64,000 nucleotides of DNA. Origin: a virus. The stretch spans positions 33,276-97,275 of the IMG/VR virus record IMGVR_UViG_3300023184_009676; one strand, given 5' to 3'. The notes below the pieces were generated by a model. The model saw only the letters and a list, made by a program, of their open reading frames with translations, was not told where the DNA came from and did not search any database. This document shows, one piece after another, positions 59,675 through 64,000 of this stretch. Numbering within the stretch: position 1 is the first letter of the stretch; every line of letters begins with the position of its first letter. The position numbers and the translations under genes were made by a program.

Positions 59675-60328
59675 CTAGAATTTGTCTTTTAATTCTTTTT
59701 CTCTCTCTGGATTAAGGGGTGCGTCATAGGGATATTCTTTTCCAGTATTGTTAACTGCAACTTCGTCGTCATAACAAGGTTCAACATTACGCAATTCAGG
59801 CAATGATTTAAGAATATCGTCTTCGGAATACCATGTATATCCATCCCAATCTTCATCTGCGTCAACATGAACAGGTTTTTCATAATAGTACTCAGTTAAT
59901 TCTTTGAGTCTTGATGGCTGTTCTTGAACAAGAGGATTGGTAGGGGAAATAATTTTATTCAAATGATTCATTTCATCACTCAAACCAGCAACATCTCCAA
60001 TCTTTGTTGGAGAGTGCGGCTCATGTCTGGAAGCGATTGATGAAACTGGCTTTGAACTCCACATTTTGCAAGACCAATAATTGGCTTTCCATTTGGGCCC
60101 AGGAGTCTCACAATGATGGCGCGCACGATAACTTTTTTGGCGCTCTGGATTGTCACGCTTAATCTCCATATTTGGGTCACCAAATGTAACTTTAACGATA
60201 TTACCCTTGTCGTTCTTTACATAAACGGCAAACTTTTTGGGGCCATCAGGAGTGCGAAAAGGCTTATTTAAAGCCCTTTTTTGTTTTGTGGCGGCAAGAC
60301 TGTGTGAAAAATCAACAATGTATTTCAT
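59675..60328 (-). CDS. Conserved large-phage hypothetical protein
   Basis: 'KKFAVYVK...VKVTFGDPNMEIKRDNPER.KSYRARHHC...ANYWSCKMW' motif, recalled from large dsDNA viruses; GTGTAA at 60345-60350. Confidence 0.6.
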   Translation of the reverse strand: MKYIVDFSHSLAATKQKRALNKPFRTPDGPKKFAVYVKNDKGNIVKVTFGDPNMEIKRDNPERQKSYRARHHCETPGPKWKANYWSCKMWSSKPVSSIASRHEPHSPTKIGDVAGLSDEMNHLNKIISPTNPLVQEQPSRLKELTEYYYEKPVHVDADEDWDGYTWYSEDDILKSLPELRNVEPCYDDEVAVNNTGKEYPYDAPLNPEREKELKDKF

Positions 60329-60364
60329 ATAATTATATTTATTATTACACTTTTATCCGTTATC

Positions 60365-61354
60365 TTACAGGGCTTTTTCTTTCACCTGTTTTTCAATAAT
60401 TTCTCCCAAATTTATCAAAGGCTTCATCTTTTCTGTTGATTGGAAGCTGTCTTGAAATCCACCATCATCAAATTTTTGGGCATCCCAACCACTAGAAATC
60501 TGTTTGTTTGGAGGGGTAAATCCAGAATCAAATGAATCTTTTGGCAAATAATTGTCGCCAACAGGAGTAACTTGATTTTCTCCTTTTATTTCTAATTGCA
60601 AAGAATCAACTACGCCACCCTCATAAGGATAACCGCCTTTGTGGTCATCTCCAGAGGTTTGTTTTTTAATATCTTTTGATTTGGGTTTTTCGCCATGATA
60701 TTCAAGATTGCCGCCTTCATCACGATAAGTTTTTAAAACCCAAAGGTTCTTGACATAAGAATTTTTTTCACCAAACTTCTCATTAGCCCTTTGCTTTACT
60801 CTTGATAATTTATCTTGGTCTCTGTAAGTTACTGAGGCAAAGTCAAGCTCTTTTTTATGGATATCTGAAATCGGCTTCATTGCCGCGCTTTGAGGAACTT
60901 GATTTCCATATGGATAAATTTCCATAAAAGCATCTTGTGGAGTAGGCTTCATCTTATCCAATTCTTTTGGAGTCAAGAAATCAGCAGGGCGATGATGTTG
61001 CTGCTCAAATAAAGTAGTTTTATTGCTCTTATCTATTTTTTCTTGTTCGGCAAGGGTTTGAGTAGGCAAGACATCCTTCGTCAAGTCAAGTTGTGCTTCA
61101 AAAAATACCTTGCTATCTTCAGTATAATCCCTCTTTTTTAACACAGTATCAACGGACCCCTTGAAAAAATCTATCTCATCATCAATAAAAGGATTTTTAT
61201 CGTTTCCAATGGGATTTTTTGACGCAGTATTAATTTCTTCTGAAATTTCTTGGACTGCATCTTTATTTTTATTTTTCTCTATCCAATATTTTTCTCTCCA
61301 AGAATCATAAGGTTCATCTTTAAAGAGGTCAATATTCTTAAATATATTAGCCAT
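60365..61354 (-). CDS. Hypothetical late protein
   Basis: Contains the 'VKQRANEKF...SYVKNLWVLKTYRDEGG' module; GTGTAA at 61366-61371. Confidence 0.55.
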   Translation of the reverse strand: MANIFKNIDLFKDEPYDSWREKYWIEKNKNKDAVQEISEEINTASKNPIGNDKNPFIDDEIDFFKGSVDTVLKKRDYTEDSKVFFEAQLDLTKDVLPTQTLAEQEKIDKSNKTTLFEQQHHRPADFLTPKELDKMKPTPQDAFMEIYPYGNQVPQSAAMKPISDIHKKELDFASVTYRDQDKLSRVKQRANEKFGEKNSYVKNLWVLKTYRDEGGNLEYHGEKPKSKDIKKQTSGDDHKGGYPYEGGVVDSLQLEIKGENQVTPVGDNYLPKDSFDSGFTPPNKQISSGWDAQKFDDGGFQDSFQSTEKMKPLINLGEIIEKQVKEKAL

Positions 61355-61414
61355 ATCTAATTATATTACACAAAAAACGCCATTCTATTATTTTATTTAT
61401 GTGTAACTATTTTA

Positions 61415-61648
61415 ATGAATGAAGAAGATAAATCAAAATTGAATGAGCCAGAGCCAAATAAAGAAATTCCACCAACGAATGATAATTCTTCCCTTTTTGG
61501 AGTTACAATTAGAGGATGGATTGCAATGGGTGTCGTGGCAACAATCTGCTTAATGTCTGGATTAAAGATAGATATTAAAGAACCCTTATATACTTTAGCT
61601 GGATTGATTGTTGGGTTCTACTTTGGGCAGAATCCCAAAAAGTCATAA
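61415..61648 (+). CDS. Small 2-TM membrane protein, holin-like
   Basis: Two hydrophobic helices ending 'IVGFYFG'; GTGTAA at 61401. Confidence 0.5.
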   Translation: MNEEDKSKLNEPEPNKEIPPTNDNSSLFGVTIRGWIAMGVVATICLMSGLKIDIKEPLYTLAGLIVGFYFGQNPKKS

Positions 61649-61688
61649 TTTATATAAAGGAAATAAGTTTTAACTCTATAATAGGTAT

Positions 61689-62204
61689 ATGAAAAAGTTT
61701 TTAACTATTATTGGTATTGCATTAGTTAGTTTTGGTCTTTTAACTGGCTGTGTCACAGCTTCAAACCCAAGTGGTCAGGTTGCTGTTGGTGGAGTTCATA
61801 TTGACCCCGCCGCAACAGGTAATGCCGTTCGCATTGCTGCCAAATTAGGCGCAATGGCGACAATTCAACATGACCCGAAAACGAGAGAATACTTTCAACT
61901 TTCAGCGGCAGGAATCGGCGCAATTATTGCAGCGGGAAATTATAACCCAACAAACATCCAAGCTTCACTTGATGGTTTGACAGGTAATTCTACAGTTTCC
62001 ATGAGTATCGCAGACGCTCTTTCTCTTTATCAAGATTTCTTTGGTAAATTAGTTGCAGAGAAACTTGACGCACAAAGCCCCTATACAATTCCTGTTCTTA
62101 CTGGTCTTGCTTTGGGATTGCAAGATGCCGTAAATTTGACTGCTCCAGCGGCAAATAATACGAATGCTACCACTCCTAACACAATACCCTCCCCAACAAA
62201 ATAA
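61689..62204 (+). CDS. Lipoprotein
   Basis: MKK + hydrophobic core + lipobox LLTG|C. Confidence 0.7.
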   Translation: MKKFLTIIGIALVSFGLLTGCVTASNPSGQVAVGGVHIDPAATGNAVRIAAKLGAMATIQHDPKTREYFQLSAAGIGAIIAAGNYNPTNIQASLDGLTGNSTVSMSIADALSLYQDFFGKLVAEKLDAQSPYTIPVLTGLALGLQDAVNLTAPAANNTNATTPNTIPSPTK

Positions 62205-62210
62205 ACTGTT

Positions 62211-62405
62211 ATGGGCTTTTTATCTGGAATATTTACTGCAATAACTGGAGTTTTTAACTATATAGTTGGACGCTCCAATGCAAATAACGCTGCTGATGTT
62301 AAAGCTGCCCAAAAAGGCAAAGATGAAATCATTCAAGTAGACAAAACAAATAAAGCCATTGAGAAAAGGGATACAAAGGAAATTCAAAATGAACTTAGTG
62401 AATAA
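62211..62405 (+). CDS. Putative i-spanin-like protein
   Basis: N-terminal hydrophobic helix plus a charged helical tail; overlaps a downstream lipoprotein gene. Confidence 0.4.
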   Translation: MGFLSGIFTAITGVFNYIVGRSNANNAADVKAAQKGKDEIIQVDKTNKAIEKRDTKEIQNELSE

Positions 62406-62742
62406 ATATGTTTTGTTGCTGTGTGCAACTATGTTTTTAAGCATTGGGTGCGTTAGCACAGTTACGCCAGTTCAAGTTGTGTCAACTGGGGCTTCATTTG
62501 ATAATGGAGAAAGAAACAGTGGTTTCATTGGTTGGACAACAAATAATTCAATAACTTACGCTATCATTTCTGAACACGCAAGGGACAGATACAATTCCTT
62601 GATTGATATTTACGGCAATAAAATTATACCACCCATAAAAAAAGACTATGGAGTAACAGATAATAAAACAAATTGTTTCATTACTCTGGAAGCACTCTCT
62701 AACTTTGCCAAAATGAATCGTTGGCGCAAAAACGGTCAATAA
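62389..62742 (+). CDS. Lipoprotein, putative o-spanin-like
   Basis: Start refined to ATG 62389 (AGGA upstream); lipobox LSIG|C. Confidence 0.45.
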   Translation: MNLVNKYVLLLCATMFLSIGCVSTVTPVQVVSTGASFDNGERNSGFIGWTTNNSITYAIISEHARDRYNSLIDIYGNKIIPPIKKDYGVTDNKTNCFITLEALSNFAKMNRWRKNGQ

Positions 62743-62783
62743 TCAAGCATATCAGCCTTTATTTTGTGTAATAAAGGGGGAAT

Positions 62784-63410
62784 ATGGAAAATTTCCTACT
62801 TGACAATTCTAATAAAATTTATTATACAATCTCTATTTTAACAGCAATTATTACTTTTTTAGGTTTTTTATTTAAATATCTAAGAAAGATAATATTAAAA
62901 ATAAGAGAAAGAAATGCCAGAGTTGAAGAAATTCACACCAAGGTGGAAAAAATCTTTGAAGAAATTACCCCCAATCACGGCTCTTCAATAAAAGACAAGA
63001 TAAATTCGTTGGACAAACGAATGGATAAAGTAGATGAAAACCTTGTTATAAACAATAAACTTACCGAAAAAATATTTTACAGACAAAGATGGATATTAGA
63101 TAACCAATCTGCGGCGGTTTTTGAAAGCGATACAAAAGGAAAATGTATCTGGGCAAACGTTAATTATTTAAAATTAGTTCAAAGAGATATGGGTTTTATT
63201 TTGGGCAATGGCTGGAAAAATATTATTCACCCAGAGGATAGAGAAAGAGTGGTTCGCAACTGGGAACTTTGCGTCAAAGATGGCATTGATGCAGAAGATA
63301 CATACAGAATCATTGATATTGAAGGAAGAGTTTATAGAGTTTTCTGCTCTGCTACTAAAACAGAAGGTAATGGATATATTGGTTCAATAAAAGTACTTGA
63401 CAACGAGTAA
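62784..63410 (+). CDS. Membrane-anchored PAS-domain protein
   Basis: N-terminal TM, coiled coil, then PAS_3 pattern 'VFESDTKGKCIWAN...GNGWKNIIHPEDRERV...YRIIDIEGR'. Confidence 0.8.
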   Translation: MENFLLDNSNKIYYTISILTAIITFLGFLFKYLRKIILKIRERNARVEEIHTKVEKIFEEITPNHGSSIKDKINSLDKRMDKVDENLVINNKLTEKIFYRQRWILDNQSAAVFESDTKGKCIWANVNYLKLVQRDMGFILGNGWKNIIHPEDRERVVRNWELCVKDGIDAEDTYRIIDIEGRVYRVFCSATKTEGNGYIGSIKVLDNE

Positions 63411-63457
63411 TTTTTATTTTTTATAAAAGAATCATTTTTTGCCCTATAATAAGCATT

Positions 63458-64000
63458 ATGGAGCAGAAGAATGGAAATCGCACTTATGTAACAATGAATT
63501 GTTCGGGGTGCGGCAAATCTTTTGAAAAAATTCAATACGAATACGAAAGAAAATCTGCCCAAGGTCAAACAAATTTTTTTTGTAGCGAAGCTTGCGCAAG
63601 TAAATCAATTGGATTGGCGAGGATAGATGAACTTAGCCCATTTAAAATAATTTTCTCGACTTCAAAAAGTGGTGCAAAAAAGAAAAAACTAGAATTTAAT
63701 TTGACCCTAATTGAATTGAAAAAGAAATGGGACGAACAAAAAGGAATTTGCCCTTATTCTAAAAAGAAAATGGTTTTACCCACAAGTGCTTCCAAAAAAA
63801 CTGTTATACCTTCACTAAAATCTGCCTCTTTAGACAGAATAGATTCTTCAAAGGGTTACACATTGGATAATATAGAGTTCGTTACCAGATTTGTAAATTT
63901 AGGAAAAAATACATACCCAGGAGAAGAGGTTCATAGTTTTTTAAAAGAAATGATTGAAGAATGGAATTGTAACGAAATTGACTCACTACCACCCATATAA
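63458..64000 (+). CDS. HNH-like homing endonuclease with N-terminal Zn-finger
   Basis: CSGC...FFCSEAC; 'QKGICPYS', 'SLDRIDSSKGYTLDNIEFV..FVN.GKN'. Confidence 0.75.
   Translation: MEQKNGNRTYVTMNCSGCGKSFEKIQYEYERKSAQGQTNFFCSEACASKSIGLARIDELSPFKIIFSTSKSGAKKKKLEFNLTLIELKKKWDEQKGICPYSKKKMVLPTSASKKTVIPSLKSASLDRIDSSKGYTLDNIEFVTRFVNLGKNTYPGEEVHSFLKEMIEEWNCNEIDSLPPI

Noticed and set aside
440-63568. Numerous 60-150 aa ORFs antisense to or nested in long genes in the ORF track
   Set aside because: Shadow ORFs overlapping well-supported genes, with no motifs of their own.
1-64000. Alternative genetic code (stop-codon reassignment)
   Set aside because: Long, tightly packed ORFs with intact motifs under the standard code; TAA, TAG and TGA all terminate genes at sensible positions.

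Overview
An AT-rich 64 kb segment of a large (jumbo/huge-type) dsDNA bacteriophage using the standard genetic code; the host cannot be identified from sequence alone. Layout: (1) 1-26.5 kb, + strand virion/tail module: probable tape-measure C-terminus plus eight Ser/Thr/Gly/Asn/Tyr-rich proteins up to about 1600 aa, interrupted by an inverted 4-gene block (Rad52/Sak-like protein, two glycosyltransferase genes that share a split GT9, Whirly-like protein). (2) 26.5-36.3 kb, - strand replication/recombination module: a C-family DNA polymerase split into PHP, DEDDh exonuclease and catalytic ORFs, a PD-(D/E)XK nuclease, DnaG-like primase, DnaB, RecA. (3) 36.2-50.7 kb, a sugar-synthesis/glycosylation cluster (Gmd, RfbH-type 3-dehydratase, 2 SDRs, 8 GT-like genes, radical SAM, 2 methyltransferases, SET protein). 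(4) SSB-like gene, sigma factor, dNMP kinase, then a 655 bp gap at the strand switch holding a promoter-to-terminator, highly structured ~430 nt candidate ncRNA next to GNA-triloop DNA hairpins (candidate origin); this is the best novelty candidate. (5) + strand: class II RNR with a LAGLIDADG intein, a complete tmRNA, an ECF sigma factor, a putative lysis cassette including a TM-PAS protein, and an HNH-like nuclease. Two promoter classes are visible: sigma70-like TTGAC(A/T) before replication/metabolic genes, and a GTGTAA motif before late-type genes. All protein assignments come from motif recognition by eye; no database searches were run.
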